From Phycisphaerales bacterium (GTDB lineage Bacteria; Planctomycetota; Phycisphaerae; Phycisphaerales; SM1A02): DNA of 36,636 nt. The notes under the pieces were generated by a model. It ran no database searches, was not told the origin of the DNA, and saw only the letters and a program-made list of their open reading frames with translations. Below are positions 23,432 through 33,473 of this stretch, piece by piece. Location: the NCBI GenBank assembly GCA_020427695.1, contig JAGQOG010000091.1, positions 1 to 36,636 on the forward strand, written 5' to 3'. Position 1 is the stretch's first letter. Every line of letters begins with the position of its first letter. A program made the translations under genes and the position numbers.

Positions 23432-26101
23432 TCAGCAAGCGCCCCAAGCCGCAATCAGCGCGGCAAGATCCGCGGCATCGACGGAACCGCTGCCGTCGAG
23501 ATCCGCACCGGCATCGTTCGTGCCCCAGGCTGCGAGCAGGAGTCCGAGATCCACGCCGTCAACCGACCCGTTGCCGTCGATGTCGCCGAAGCACGTCACC
23601 GTCAGCCACGCCGTCCCGCTGACATCGTCGCCGCATGCGTTGGCAACGACCACGTCGTACGCACCGTGGTCGCGGATCGAGACGCCTTGGATGACGAGGG
23701 TCGGTGTGGTGGCCCCAAGCACGCCATTCCCGTCCGACAGCGGCATGCCATTGCGGCGCCACTGGAAGGTCGTTCCCTCCGGCGGTTCGGACTCGAACAG
23801 CGCAACGGCAAACTCGGCGCTTCCACCCTTCCAGACGGTGCGGTCCTTTGGCGACGAAACGATCCACGGGGCTCCCGACGGGTCGAACACCGCCAGGTAC
23901 GGCGCCGGCCGATAGCCTGCCACGTCAATCAGATACTCGAAATTGCCGCCGGCCAGGAGGCGGCCGCCCGGGAACGAGGCGAGGCATCGCACATCGCCGT
24001 CGAACAAGCCGGCGGTCTTCGCGAAGATGCCCGGAAGCGGTGCCAGCGTGGCGCCGTTCCAAAGCTGGATCGCGTTCATCGACGAGCTCTGCGCCCCGCC
24101 GACGACCACGCGCGGGCCTTCGCCGAAGTCGTGCACATGGATCGCGTTGAGCCAATGGTTGTTGGCCGATGACAAGAGCTCCGCCCGCGCGCCGCCCCAG
24201 CGGTACAACGCGCCGTTCGCGATGATCGCGTAAAGCGCGGGGCCGGATCCATCGTCGAACACGGTTCCTGCCGCGCCGTCGTCATACGCGGAGACAACCG
24301 ACTTCCAGTCGTTCCCCGTCCACGCTGCCACCTCCCCACCGCCACCGCCCGCGGGCGCCACGTACCCGATCGCGCAGAGCACCGCTCCCGATCCTGGATC
24401 GAAGACCACCAGGTCGCGAACGCGGCCCGAGCTGATCGTGGGGCCGAACGTCTCCCAAGCCTCTCCCGTCCATCGCGCGAGAGCCTTTGCCGGGAGGCCG
24501 TTCACCTTGTCGAACCAGCCCCCGAGATAAAGCTTCTGTCCAGTGCCGTCGTCGTGCCAGACCGCGGCCATCGCGCATCGAGGTCCTCCTTGGATCGAGG
24601 CGATCGACTGCCAACTGCTGCCGTCCCAGCGGACGAGCCCGGTGACGGTCGCCGGATCGCCATCGTTGTCTTCGAACGATCCCGCCACATAGAGCACGCC
24701 CGGTTCCTCCGGCGAGGTCGCGATCGAGGCGCCTACGCCACGAAGTCCGTCGCCGATGGGGATGAACGTGCCGTCGCGCCAGGCCATGACCGGACCACCC
24801 ATCACATCGCCGGCCTCGCCGAAGCGGCCGGTGATCACCAGTGTCGGCTCACCATCGAGCTCCACCCATTGCGCATCCTCAACGGTCCAGCCGGCCCAGA
24901 ATCCCGGGCGCGCGGGAGCGAGGCTCGACCAACCGCTCCCATTCCACCGCGCCACGCCCTCGGCCTTCGCGTTGGATGTGGTGCGGAACGAACCCCCGAT
25001 GAGGAGTTCCTCCTGGCCGTTCGGACCCGGAACGACGGCAATCGATCGCACCGCATCCTCGACATCGCCAAGGCGCTTGAAGCTCGAGCCGTCGAAGCTG
25101 TGGACGCCCGGGAAGGTCACGCAAGGCGCGAAGAAGGCGACCGTGGTGCGGTCGCTCCCGACGATGAGCCGCGTCTCGCCGTCGATGGTGGCGGTCCGGA
25201 GCGCGAAGACCTCGGTGTCGGGCGCTTGGATTGGCGTCCAACCGCTTCCATTCCACTTCGCCATTCCACCGCCGCTGCCTGGCGCGTTGCTGCCACCGGC
25301 AAAGAGGGCCGGGCCACTCCCATCGTCGAAGACCGTCAGGGCCCGCACCTTCCAGGGCAGACCCTCCCCAACCGCCTGCCAGTCGGTGCCGTTCCAAGCC
25401 GCGACATGCGATGCGATGTCCCCAGCTCCGACCGTGAGAAAGCTGCCGCCGGCGAAGAGACGGGAGCCGGAACCGTCGTCGAACACCTCGAGCGCGAACA
25501 CCTCCCCGTTCGGTCCTGCGCCCAGTCCCATCCACGCCGAGCCGTCCCAGGCCGCCATCCGCGAGGCGGGCAGACCATCCGCCTCGGTGAACGCACCGCC
25601 CGCGATCAGCAGCGGCTCGGTGTCGCCTTGCCACAGAGCAAGGGCGTTCACAGTGCCGTTCAGTCCTCCCCCCAGTTGCTTCCAGTCGCCGCCCGTCCAA
25701 CGTGCGACTGCGCCAGCCCACGCACCGCCCGCATGCAGCGTCGGTCCATTGCCGAGGTCGGCAACCAGGAGCGTACGAACCGATCCGTCGAATCCGGCGC
25801 CCATCGGCTCCCACTCGGCGCCATTCCAGCGGGTCACCGAGAGCAGTTTCCGGCCGAATCCGGCGTTGAAGAACCCGCCCACCACCGGAGCAATGCCACC
25901 CCCGTCGGGATCGTGGGCGATCGCGTAAACCGTCGCTGGAACCTCCGTGGCGCTGGAGCCGATCATCACCAGTCCGCGTTCGAAGCTGCTGTCGCGCCAA
26001 CCGCCCTCACATGTGGATTGGGCCTGCGTGCGATCGCTCGGCATCACCACCATCAGGACCGTGATTGCGACGGAGCACACTCGACGGAGTCCGGCAAGCA
26101 T
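23432..26101 (-). CDS. Secreted repeat (probable double beta-propeller) protein with an Ig-like domain and a C-terminal double dockerin-like module (paralog A)
   Basis: 889 aa with a signal-like N-terminus. About 13-14 repeats of roughly 50 aa of the type (V/L)A(R/A)W(D/N)GxxWxxLGxGxxGxVxALxVFDDGSGPALFAGGxF. Ig (I-set-like) segment FQWRRNGMPLSD...LVIQGVSIRDHGAYDVVVANACG. C-terminus CFGDIDGNGSVDGVDLGLLLAAWGTNDAGADLDGSGSVDAADLAALIAAWGAC (23435-23593). Confidence 0.75.
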   Translation of the reverse strand: MLAGLRRVCSVAITVLMVVMPSDRTQAQSTCEGGWRDSSFERGLVMIGSSATEVPATVYAIAHDPDGGGIAPVVGGFFNAGFGRKLLSVTRWNGAEWEPMGAGFDGSVRTLLVADLGNGPTLHAGGAWAGAVARWTGGDWKQLGGGLNGTVNALALWQGDTEPLLIAGGAFTEADGLPASRMAAWDGSAWMGLGAGPNGEVFALEVFDDGSGSRLFAGGSFLTVGAGDIASHVAAWNGTDWQAVGEGLPWKVRALTVFDDGSGPALFAGGSNAPGSGGGMAKWNGSGWTPIQAPDTEVFALRTATIDGETRLIVGSDRTTVAFFAPCVTFPGVHSFDGSSFKRLGDVEDAVRSIAVVPGPNGQEELLIGGSFRTTSNAKAEGVARWNGSGWSSLAPARPGFWAGWTVEDAQWVELDGEPTLVITGRFGEAGDVMGGPVMAWRDGTFIPIGDGLRGVGASIATSPEEPGVLYVAGSFEDNDGDPATVTGLVRWDGSSWQSIASIQGGPRCAMAAVWHDDGTGQKLYLGGWFDKVNGLPAKALARWTGEAWETFGPTISSGRVRDLVVFDPGSGAVLCAIGYVAPAGGGGGEVAAWTGNDWKSVVSAYDDGAAGTVFDDGSGPALYAIIANGALYRWGGARAELLSSANNHWLNAIHVHDFGEGPRVVVGGAQSSSMNAIQLWNGATLAPLPGIFAKTAGLFDGDVRCLASFPGGRLLAGGNFEYLIDVAGYRPAPYLAVFDPSGAPWIVSSPKDRTVWKGGSAEFAVALFESEPPEGTTFQWRRNGMPLSDGNGVLGATTPTLVIQGVSIRDHGAYDVVVANACGDDVSGTAWLTVTCFGDIDGNGSVDGVDLGLLLAAWGTNDAGADLDGSGSVDAADLAALIAAWGAC

Positions 26102-26107
26102 CCTGCC

Positions 26108-26113
26108 AGCGTA
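26108..26113 (-). promoter_or_regulatory. -10-like hexamer TACGCT, 6 nt upstream of the paralog A ATG
   Basis: The minus strand reads TACGCT GGCAGG ATG, versus TATGCT GGCGGC ATG upstream of paralog B. Confidence 0.35.
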
Positions 26114-26126
26114 CCCGGCACCCTGC

Positions 26127-26145
26127 GGAATTGGGATTCAATTCC
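26127..26145. promoter_or_regulatory. Palindrome GGAATTG-N5-CAATTCC in the 76-bp divergent intergenic region (candidate shared operator)
   Basis: Perfect 7-bp arms, read directly. It lies between the two -10-like hexamers, where -35 elements would be expected. Confidence 0.4.
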
Positions 26146-26165
26146 TTTTCCGACAGTGGGTTGTG

Positions 26166-26171
26166 TATGCT
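26166..26171 (+). promoter_or_regulatory. -10-like hexamer TATGCT, 6 nt upstream of the paralog B ATG
   Basis: TATGCT GGCGGC ATG, with no convincing SD. Confidence 0.35.
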
Positions 26172-26177
26172 GGCGGC

Positions 26178-28856
26178 ATGGCCGCGGAACACCTGCTTGC
26201 CCGACCGATCGCTTTGGCGCTGGTGGCCATGCTGACCTTGACACTGGGATCGGACGCCTCCCCGCAGAACTGCGACCTTGGGTGGCATCGTGGGCTCTAC
26301 GCCCAGTACGGATTCGATGGCCCGGTGCACGCACTGCTCGAGCAAGACGCCGAGAGCGGTCCGATCCTCTTTGCCGGCGGCGAGTTCTCAAGCGTCACCG
26401 GCGTCCCCCTTGCGGGCGTGGCCCGGTGGGACGGCCAAGTCTGGTGCCCAGTGGGCCCAGTCCAGATCGACGGCGCGGTCACGGGACTGGCTCGGTACGA
26501 CGACGGAACCCAAGCGTGGCTGGTGGCCATCGGCACGTTCAACAGCATCGGCGGCGTGCCGGCGACGCGGGTGGCCCGCTTTGACGGCAATCGATGGGAG
26601 GCAATGGGGGACGGACTTCCTGGCACGCCCAAGTCCGTGATGGCGCACAACGACGGATCAGGTTCAGCGATCTTCGTGTGTGGCGCCGGTCCGGACGATG
26701 ACCCCGCCGGCTCGTTCGTGGCGAAATGGTCCGGTTCGACATGGACCACGCTCGCCGACACCAACGACGTGGTTCATGCGATGGTGGCGTTCGACCAAGG
26801 TGCGGGGGAGCGGCTCGTCGTCGGCGGAGCATTCACGACCCTGAACGGCCAATCACTTCTGCGCCTGGCACAATGGGATGGCAGCGCCTGGACGACGTTC
26901 GCCGGCGGCGCGAACAAGGCGGTCACGTCGTTGGCGGTGCTGGAGACGGACGGCAACTCCCTCCTCTTCGCGGGCGGCTGGTTCACGATTCTCGGGGGAT
27001 TCGCCGCCAAGTACGCCGCGACTTGGAACGGGTCGTGGTGGTCCCAGATGGGGAGCTCCGGGGTGCCGACGGCGCTCGCTGTCATCGATCTGGGCGACGG
27101 CCCTGCGCTCTATGCGGGAAAGCCGCAGGTCTACCAGGATCGGGTCGAGCGCTGGGACGGGGCGAACTGGATCATGCTGCCTTACGGCGCATTCGGAGGT
27201 GTCGTCCACGCGATCGGTCGTGTGCGCGAGGGCGACTCGTGGCGGTTGATCGCAGGAGGCGAATTCGAGTTCCAGTTCAATCGTCGCGCCGGAAGCCTCG
27301 GACGGATCGGGGAGGACGACTGGGGTGCGCTGCCGCCGCTGGCGCCGGGAGTCGGAGTGAACGGAACGGTGACGGCGGTGCTCCCGCGAATCGAGGACGG
27401 TCGCACGGTGATCTACGTCGGAGGGTCCTTCACCGTTGCCGGCGACGTCCCTGCCAAGGGCATCGCCCGGTGGGACGGATCGTGTTGGAGCGCTCTGGTC
27501 GATGCGTCGGGGCAGGGGCTCGACGGGAAGTCGTCCACCGTCGCCGCACTCGCTGTCTACGACGACGGCAGCGGTCCGGCAATCTATGCCGGCGGGTTCT
27601 TCGATACCGCCGGCGGCGTTCCGTCGAAGCGTCTGGCGCGCTGGGACGGCTCCTCCTGGTCGACCGTCGGCTCCGTCGCGTTGCCGGGCGGCGACCCCGC
27701 CGTGCTGGGCATGCGGGTTGGCGATCTTGGCGAGGGACAGAAGCTCTTCATCACCGGTCGCTTCACTTCGGTGGGCGGCGTCGCGGCGAAGAACGTCGCG
27801 GCTTGGGACGGAGCGACCTGGGAGGCCTTCGGCGAAGGGCCGCCAGGGGAGAACTACGACGTCGAAGTGTTTGACGACGGCAATGGTCCGGCGCTCTTCA
27901 CCTGCAACTACCGCCTGAATCGCTGGAACGGTGTGGAATGGGTGCCTCTGGTGGCGAACTTCCAGACGGCGTCTGGGGGAGGCAGCGCGAGCGCGCTGCG
28001 GGTCTGGACCGACGATCGCGGACCGGCGCTTTGGATTGGCGGCGCCTTCACCCAAGCCGATGGCGTTCCGCTGAAATACGTCGCACGCTGGGACGGTCGA
28101 TCGCTGGAGTCGTTCGGCGACTCGATCTCCGGCAGCGTGACCAGCCTTGCCGTTCACGACGCTGGCGACGGGGCGGGCGAATCGCTGTTCGCGGTGGGCT
28201 CGATCACACCGGTCGGCGGCAACCAGACGGGACTGGTTCGTTGGACCGGCAGGGAATGGACGCCGGCGGCCGTCGGCACGGTGCCTTGGACCGGCGGGGA
28301 CGCAGTGTCCCTTGGGCAGGGTCGTCTTGTGGTCTGCGGCGGGATGACGCTGGTTGACGACGACAACGGCCCCGTGCTCGTTTCGGGCCTTGCGATCTGG
28401 GGTCCGACCGGTGCGCCGTGGATCGTCGCCCAGCCGCAGGACACGATGGTGGCCGTCGGGTCCACCGCATCGTTCGCCGTGGGGACGATCATCGATCCAA
28501 GCGCCGGTGCGGCTGGATTCCAGTGGCGCCGCAACGGTGCGCCGCTCCGGGACGACGATCGAATCACGGGCTCGACAACCGACACGCTGATGATCGCACA
28601 GGCGGATCCTGACGACGAGGGCGACTACGACGTCGAGGTCGCCACCGAGTGCGCCACGGTGGCGAGCGCGTCGGTACACCTGGCCGTTGGTCCCTTGGGC
28701 GATCTCGACGGCAGCGGCCTGGTCGACGGCGCCGATCTCGGGCTCCTTCTGTCCGCGTGGGGACCGTGCGCCGACTGCAACGCCGATCTCAACCATGACG
28801 GCGTCGTCGATGGCGTGGACCTTGGTCTGCTGCTCGCCGCTTGGTCCGTGGGCTGA
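26178..28856 (+). CDS. Secreted repeat (probable double beta-propeller) protein with an Ig-like domain and a C-terminal double dockerin-like module (paralog B)
   Basis: 892 aa. The start is set at ATG 26178 (MAAEHLLARPIALALVAMLTLTLG, signal-like). It has 13 WxG-type repeats plus a partial first blade (VARWDGQVW, VARFDGNRW, VAKWSGSTW, LAQWDGSAW, IARWDGSCW, LARWDGSSW, VAAWDGATW, VARWDGRSL...). Ig-like FQWRRNGAPLRDD...DEGDYDVEVATECA. C-terminus GDLDGSGLVDGADLGLLLSAWGPCADCNADLNHDGVVDGVDLGLLLAAWSVG (28698-28853). Confidence 0.75.
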   Translation: MAAEHLLARPIALALVAMLTLTLGSDASPQNCDLGWHRGLYAQYGFDGPVHALLEQDAESGPILFAGGEFSSVTGVPLAGVARWDGQVWCPVGPVQIDGAVTGLARYDDGTQAWLVAIGTFNSIGGVPATRVARFDGNRWEAMGDGLPGTPKSVMAHNDGSGSAIFVCGAGPDDDPAGSFVAKWSGSTWTTLADTNDVVHAMVAFDQGAGERLVVGGAFTTLNGQSLLRLAQWDGSAWTTFAGGANKAVTSLAVLETDGNSLLFAGGWFTILGGFAAKYAATWNGSWWSQMGSSGVPTALAVIDLGDGPALYAGKPQVYQDRVERWDGANWIMLPYGAFGGVVHAIGRVREGDSWRLIAGGEFEFQFNRRAGSLGRIGEDDWGALPPLAPGVGVNGTVTAVLPRIEDGRTVIYVGGSFTVAGDVPAKGIARWDGSCWSALVDASGQGLDGKSSTVAALAVYDDGSGPAIYAGGFFDTAGGVPSKRLARWDGSSWSTVGSVALPGGDPAVLGMRVGDLGEGQKLFITGRFTSVGGVAAKNVAAWDGATWEAFGEGPPGENYDVEVFDDGNGPALFTCNYRLNRWNGVEWVPLVANFQTASGGGSASALRVWTDDRGPALWIGGAFTQADGVPLKYVARWDGRSLESFGDSISGSVTSLAVHDAGDGAGESLFAVGSITPVGGNQTGLVRWTGREWTPAAVGTVPWTGGDAVSLGQGRLVVCGGMTLVDDDNGPVLVSGLAIWGPTGAPWIVAQPQDTMVAVGSTASFAVGTIIDPSAGAAGFQWRRNGAPLRDDDRITGSTTDTLMIAQADPDDEGDYDVEVATECATVASASVHLAVGPLGDLDGSGLVDGADLGLLLSAWGPCADCNADLNHDGVVDGVDLGLLLAAWSVG

Positions 28857-29192
28857 TCGAACAACGTGCGATCGAATGCAGCGAGCCGATGGGCGCAATC
28901 GGCCGGAGGGCGACGACGCTGTTCCTGCACATCCCCGAACGTGACGGGCAGCGCGGCGGCCGTGGCCTGCGCGTGGCAAGAACCGTCGGGAATCGGACCG
29001 CAAAACGCGCCGAACCGCAGCGCCCACCATCGCCGCGGGTTCGGCCCTTGTATTCGCTTGTCCCTCGCGTTCGGCGCTGCCGGGGGTGGGGAGGTCCATC
29101 GATTGTCGGCGGGTCGCCGTGCCCGCCGTGAGATTTTGACGGCCCGACTTCGACCCCGCGATTCGGCCCCCGAGCAGCCCCTGCCGACGCCC

Positions 29193-29198
29193 TACGAT
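29193..29198 (+). promoter_or_regulatory. -10-like hexamer TACGAT, 6 nt upstream of the uvrB GTG
   Basis: CC TACGAT TGCCCC GTG, with no SD-like run. Confidence 0.3.
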
Positions 29199-29204
29199 TG
29201 CCCC

Positions 29205-31313
29205 GTGACCGTCGAGACCCGCAGATTCCAACTCCAGAGTCCATACCAGCCGACGGGCGACCAGCCGGAGGCGATCGAGACCCTGAGCCGCGGGGTCGCG
29301 GCCGGCGAACGGCACCAGGTCCTCCTGGGGGCCACGGGGACGGGCAAGACCTTCACCATGGCCAACGTGATCGCGCGGGCCCAGCTGCCGACGCTCATCA
29401 TCAGCCACAACAAGACGCTGGCCGCCCAGCTCTACGAGGAGATGCGCGAGCTCTTCCCCAAGAACGCGGTCAGCTACTTCGTCAGCTACTACGACTACTA
29501 CCAGCCCGAGGCGTACATCCCGCAGCGCGACATCTACATCGAGAAGGACGCCTCGCGCAACGCCGATCTGGATCGTCTGCGCCTGGCGGCGACCAGCAAC
29601 CTCCTCTCGCGCCCGGACACGATCGTCGTCGCCAGCGTGAGCTGCCTGTACGGACTCGGCTCCCCCGCCGAGTACGCCAAGAAGACGATCATGCTCAGTC
29701 GCGGCATGACGCTCGACCGTCGCCGCTTCCTGCTGGGCCTCGCCGACATGCAGTACGGCCGGAACGAGATGGCCCTCGAACGCGGCCAGTTCCGCGTGCG
29801 CGGGGACGTGATCGAGGTGCATCCGGCCTACGAGCAGTTCGCGGTGCGCATCGAGCTCTTCGGCGACGACATCGAGGCGCTCCAGCTCATCGATCCGCTC
29901 ACGGGCGAGCTGCTGGCGGACGAGGAGCGGGTGTTCATCTTCCCCGCCGTGCACTACGTGATGCCCGAGGACCAGCGGCACCAGGCCCTCCAGACGATCA
30001 AGGCCGAACTCGACGAGCGGGTCATGCAGCTTCGTCACGAAGGCAAGCTGCTCGAGGCGCAACGGCTCCTCTCGCGCACGCGCTACGACCTCGAGATGAT
30101 CGAAGAGGTCGGCTACTGCTCGGGCATCGAGAACTATGCGCGGCACTTCGACGGCCGGGCGCCGGGCGCCCGTTCGTACACCCTGCTCGACTACTTCCGC
30201 CACGTGCCCGACCGCGATCCCGACGACTGGCTGGTGATCATCGACGAGTCGCACGTGACCATTCCGCAGATCCGGGGCATGTACCACGGCGACCGCAGCC
30301 GGAAGCAGGTGCTCGTGGACCACGGCTTCCGCCTCCCCAGCGCCCTCGACAACCGTCCGCTGCGCTTCGAGGAGTTCGGCGAGATCGTGCCGCGGGTGCT
30401 GTACGTGTCGGCGACGCCGGGACCGTTCGAAATGGAAGCGGCCGGCGGCGTGGTCGCCGAGCAGATCATCCGACCGACGGGGCTCGTGGATCCGCCGATC
30501 GAACTGAAGCCGGCGCGCGGCCAGGTGCCCGACCTGCTCGAACAGGCGAAGGCACGCGCCGAGCGGGGCGAACGCACGCTGGTGACCGCGCTGACGAAAC
30601 GGTTGTGCGAGGACCTGACCGCGTATCTCCACGACCAGTCGATGCGCGTCCGCTACATGCACAGCGACATCGACACGCTGGAGCGGCTGGAGATCCTGCG
30701 CGAGCTGCGCGAAGGCGCGTTCGACGTCCTGGTCGGGGTGAACCTGCTTCGCGAGGGGCTCGACCTGCCGGAGGTGTCCCTGGTGTGCATCCTCGATGCC
30801 GACAAGCAGGGCTTCCTCCGCAGCGAGAGCAGCCTCATCCAGACCATGGGCCGCGCCGCCCGGAACGCCAACGGCACCGTCATTCTCTACGCCGACAAGG
30901 TCACGCCGGAGATGCAGTCGGCCATGGACGAAGTCGAGCGCCGCCGGGCCAAGCAGCTCGCGTACAACGCGGCGAACGGCATCACGCCCGAGACGATCCG
31001 GAAGGCGATTCGCCGCGGCATCGAGCAGGAGCTTGCCGCCCAGAAGACCGCCCGCCGCGCCGCCGGCACGAAGTCCGAGCGCACCTACGACCGCGACGAG
31101 CTCCTTCGCATGCTCGAGGCGGAGATGCTGGAGTCGGCCCAAAGACTCGAGTTCGAGAAGGCCGCGAACCTGCGCGACCGCATCCGGTCGTTGAAGGCGA
31201 TGCCGGAGGCCAGCGGGTTGAGGCTGCCCGAATCCGAGCCCGCGGAGGCCAAGCCCAAGGCGGGAATGGCCCGGTCGCGGGCGGGGATCACGGGACGCAA
31301 GAAGCGCCGGTAG
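29205..31313 (+). CDS. uvrB: Excinuclease ABC subunit B
   Basis: [76 protein letters not shown], the DESH box (IIDESHVT) and the C-terminal UVR domain [13 protein letters not shown]. The start is set at GTG 29205, the only plausible in-frame start upstream of the conserved N-terminus. Confidence 0.95.
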   Translation: MTVETRRFQLQSPYQPTGDQPEAIETLSRGVAAGERHQVLLGATGTGKTFTMANVIARAQLPTLIISHNKTLAAQLYEEMRELFPKNAVSYFVSYYDYYQPEAYIPQRDIYIEKDASRNADLDRLRLAATSNLLSRPDTIVVASVSCLYGLGSPAEYAKKTIMLSRGMTLDRRRFLLGLADMQYGRNEMALERGQFRVRGDVIEVHPAYEQFAVRIELFGDDIEALQLIDPLTGELLADEERVFIFPAVHYVMPEDQRHQALQTIKAELDERVMQLRHEGKLLEAQRLLSRTRYDLEMIEEVGYCSGIENYARHFDGRAPGARSYTLLDYFRHVPDRDPDDWLVIIDESHVTIPQIRGMYHGDRSRKQVLVDHGFRLPSALDNRPLRFEEFGEIVPRVLYVSATPGPFEMEAAGGVVAEQIIRPTGLVDPPIELKPARGQVPDLLEQAKARAERGERTLVTALTKRLCEDLTAYLHDQSMRVRYMHSDIDTLERLEILRELREGAFDVLVGVNLLREGLDLPEVSLVCILDADKQGFLRSESSLIQTMGRAARNANGTVILYADKVTPEMQSAMDEVERRRAKQLAYNAANGITPETIRKAIRRGIEQELAAQKTARRAAGTKSERTYDRDELLRMLEAEMLESAQRLEFEKAANLRDRIRSLKAMPEASGLRLPESEPAEAKPKAGMARSRAGITGRKKRR

Positions 31314-31330
31314 CGGCCGGAGGCGCTACC
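31309..31330. terminator. Hairpin spanning the 12-nt gap between convergent uvrB and the DEAD-box helicase gene; both stop codons lie within the stem
   Basis: GGTAGCG-N8-CGCTACC. TAG of uvrB (31311-31313) and CTA (= TAG of the minus-strand gene, 31326-31328) are in opposite arms. There is no U-tract, so its function as a terminator is uncertain. Confidence 0.35.
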
Positions 31331-32696
31331 GAACGGCGCGACCCGTCGAGCGCCTCCCGCCACCGCGACGGCCGCCGCGGCCCGAGCCCTTGCCGGATGA
31401 ACTCCAACTCCGAGCGGAGCTGGTTCCGTTGGCACTTGCCGTGCGTCGTCGTGATCCGGCGTTCGCGCCCTTGCGGTCCTTGGTGCTGCCCTTGGCACCG
31501 TTCCGGGCTTCGGGAGCGGCCTTCTCGATCGCGGCCGCCGCGTGCTCGAATCCCTCCGGAAGGGCGGCGACCGGCACGGTCGAGCCCGTCAGACGCTCGA
31601 TGCTGCGAAGCAGGCCACGCTCCTCGGGATCGCAGAACGCGACCGCGATGCCGGTCGCTCCCGCGCGACCCGTCCGTCCGATGCGGTGCACGTACGCCTC
31701 GGGCTCGTGAGGCAGGTCGAAGTTGAACACGTGGGTGATCCCGTCCACATCGAGGCCGCGTGCGGCGAGATCGGTGGCGACGAGCACCCGAACCCGCCCG
31801 CTGCGGAAGTCGGCGAGCACCCGCAATCGTCGGTTCTGGGCCTTGTTGCCGTGGATGGCCTCGGCGGGCACGCCGGAGCGCGTGAGCTTGGTGCTGAGCT
31901 TGTCCGCACCGTGCTTGGTCTTCGTGAAGACCAGAGCCCGCTCGATCGAGTCCGACCGGAGCAGGCTCTCGAGCAGCGCCGACTTGCTGGCCCGGGGCAC
32001 GTGGTGAACGGACTGCTCGATCAACGGCGCCGCGGAGGCGATGGGTTGGGCCGCGACCTTCACCGGGTTGCGAAGGAGCGAGTCGGCCAGCGCCGCCACT
32101 TCGCGGGGCATGGTGGCCGAGAAGAGGAGCGTCTGGCGGTTCGCGGGCACGGCGGCGCCGATGCGCCGCACCGGGTCGATGAAGCCCATGTCGAGCATCC
32201 GATCCGCTTCGTCGAGGACGAACACCTCGACGCTTCGCAGATCCACGAGGCGCTGCTGCATGAGATCCATCAGGCGTCCGGGCGTTGCGACCAGGACGTC
32301 CACGCCACGCTCGAGGGCCCGCACCTGGTGGTGCTGGCTGACGCCGCCGTACACGACGGCGTGGCGAAGCGCGGTGTGGCGACCGTAGGCGGCGAAGCTG
32401 TCTCCGATCTGTCCGGCGAGTTCGCGGGTGGGCGAGAGGATCAGGGCGCGGGGCGTGCGGCGGGGCTGCGCCCCGTTGCGATTGCCGGTGTTCGGTGTTG
32501 CCGCCAGCAGCCGGTGCAGGATGGGCAGCGCGAACGCCGCCGTCTTGCCCGTACCGGTCTGGGCGCAACCAAGCAGGTCGCGTCCCTCGAGCGCGTGCGG
32601 TATCGACTTGGACTGGATGGGAGTGGGAGCGGTGTATCCCTCTTCGGACAACGCGCGAAGAAGGGGAGCCGCGAGCAGGAGATCAGTGAAGGACAT
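31326..32696 (-). CDS. rhlE: DEAD-box ATP-dependent RNA helicase (RhlE-like) with an Arg/Gly-rich C-terminal tail
   Basis: Q-motif region [44 protein letters not shown] ([13 protein letters not shown]), SAT and [10 protein letters not shown]. The start is set at ATG 32696 (MSFTDL). Confidence 0.92.
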   Translation of the reverse strand: MSFTDLLLAAPLLRALSEEGYTAPTPIQSKSIPHALEGRDLLGCAQTGTGKTAAFALPILHRLLAATPNTGNRNGAQPRRTPRALILSPTRELAGQIGDSFAAYGRHTALRHAVVYGGVSQHHQVRALERGVDVLVATPGRLMDLMQQRLVDLRSVEVFVLDEADRMLDMGFIDPVRRIGAAVPANRQTLLFSATMPREVAALADSLLRNPVKVAAQPIASAAPLIEQSVHHVPRASKSALLESLLRSDSIERALVFTKTKHGADKLSTKLTRSGVPAEAIHGNKAQNRRLRVLADFRSGRVRVLVATDLAARGLDVDGITHVFNFDLPHEPEAYVHRIGRTGRAGATGIAVAFCDPEERGLLRSIERLTGSTVPVAALPEGFEHAAAAIEKAAPEARNGAKGSTKDRKGANAGSRRRTASANGTSSARSWSSSGKGSGRGGRRGGGRRSTGRAVR

Positions 32697-33461
32697 CAAG
32701 GAAGACAATCTCCGACGACGCACCGGGCGTGATGCCGCGGCGGCCGACAGGTTCAGGCGTCCGAGCCCGTTTGGATGGGGACACGTTCGGCCGGGGGAAG
32801 GGTCGCATCGTCACCTTGACGACGCCGACAGGATGCTGCAGCAGGTTCCCCGATCGAAGTGGGACCGACCGTCGAACGGTCGGCGAGCGGGGTGGCCAAG
32901 GGCCACCGGCCGAGAGCAAGAACAGATGGTAGGCGCGGGTCGTGGGTCGCGGTGACCTCGTCCGGTCAGGTGGAGTGGCGCCGGTGGGGCGGGGTCAGCA
33001 GGACCAGCAGGATCAGGGGGGTCAGCGACCCTGACGCAGGCCCCGCTGGCCCGAGCTCCCGAGCCGCAAACGACGGGCCGCCGCAGCGAGTTGGTCGCGG
33101 GCGGCGGCATCGAGGTGGGCAAAGGGGGTGGTGCGAGACGGCGTCGGCGGTGCCGGAAGGGCGACCGCCTGGTCCGTGTTTGGGCCACACCCCGGCTTTC
33201 CGGCGGCGTCGCCCGATGGCTGAAGTGCTGAGGCGGACATGATCCCGCTTCCGTTCGCCCCCCGACCAAAAGCGCCGAGGGGCAGTCTGAACCCGGTCCA
33301 AAAACGTGGCCGGTTGATCCTCTATTCGGCCTTCCGCGTGCAGAAGACGCAGAAGACCCACAATTGTGCCATCGATCCGCTCGGAAGCCAGCCCCGAGAC
33401 CCCCGGATTGGCAATCACGGGCGGTTATGAGCCGCCCCGTCGCCGCGCGTGATCGCGTCTC

Positions 33462-33467
33462 TATCAT
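33462..33467 (+). promoter_or_regulatory. -10-like hexamer TATCAT, 6 nt upstream of the uvrA ATG (possible leaderless transcript)
   Basis: TCTC TATCAT CGCCCC ATG, with no SD-like run. Confidence 0.35.
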
Positions 33468-33473
33468 CGCCCC

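Noticed and set aside
28857-29204. LexA/SOS-box candidates upstream of uvrB (GTTC-N12-GAAC near 28921-28940) and upstream of uvrA (CGCG-TGAT-CGCG near 33447-33458)
   Set aside because: The spacing and arms do not match any LexA box class I know, and the two candidates do not resemble each other. There is not enough evidence to call a regulatory site.
26853-31142. 1429-aa minus-strand ORF spanning paralog B and uvrB. Similar cases are 32811-36482 (1223 aa, antisense to uvrA), 11608-13596 (antisense to the ATPase), 24554-26584 and 21483-23915.
   Set aside because: They are antisense or alternative-frame to genes with unambiguous conserved motifs. The translations are low-complexity (R/G/A/D/H-rich) and show no recognisable domains.
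33022-33240. 72-aa minus-strand ORF (MSASALQPSGDAAGK...) and the 150-aa ORF at 32966-33418, as possible small genes in the helicase-uvrA gap
   Set aside because: Third-position GC over the first 20 codons is clearly lower than in flanking genes. The sequences are Pro/Ala/Arg-rich and low-complexity, with no recognisable motifs. They are kept only as a note within the intergenic finding.
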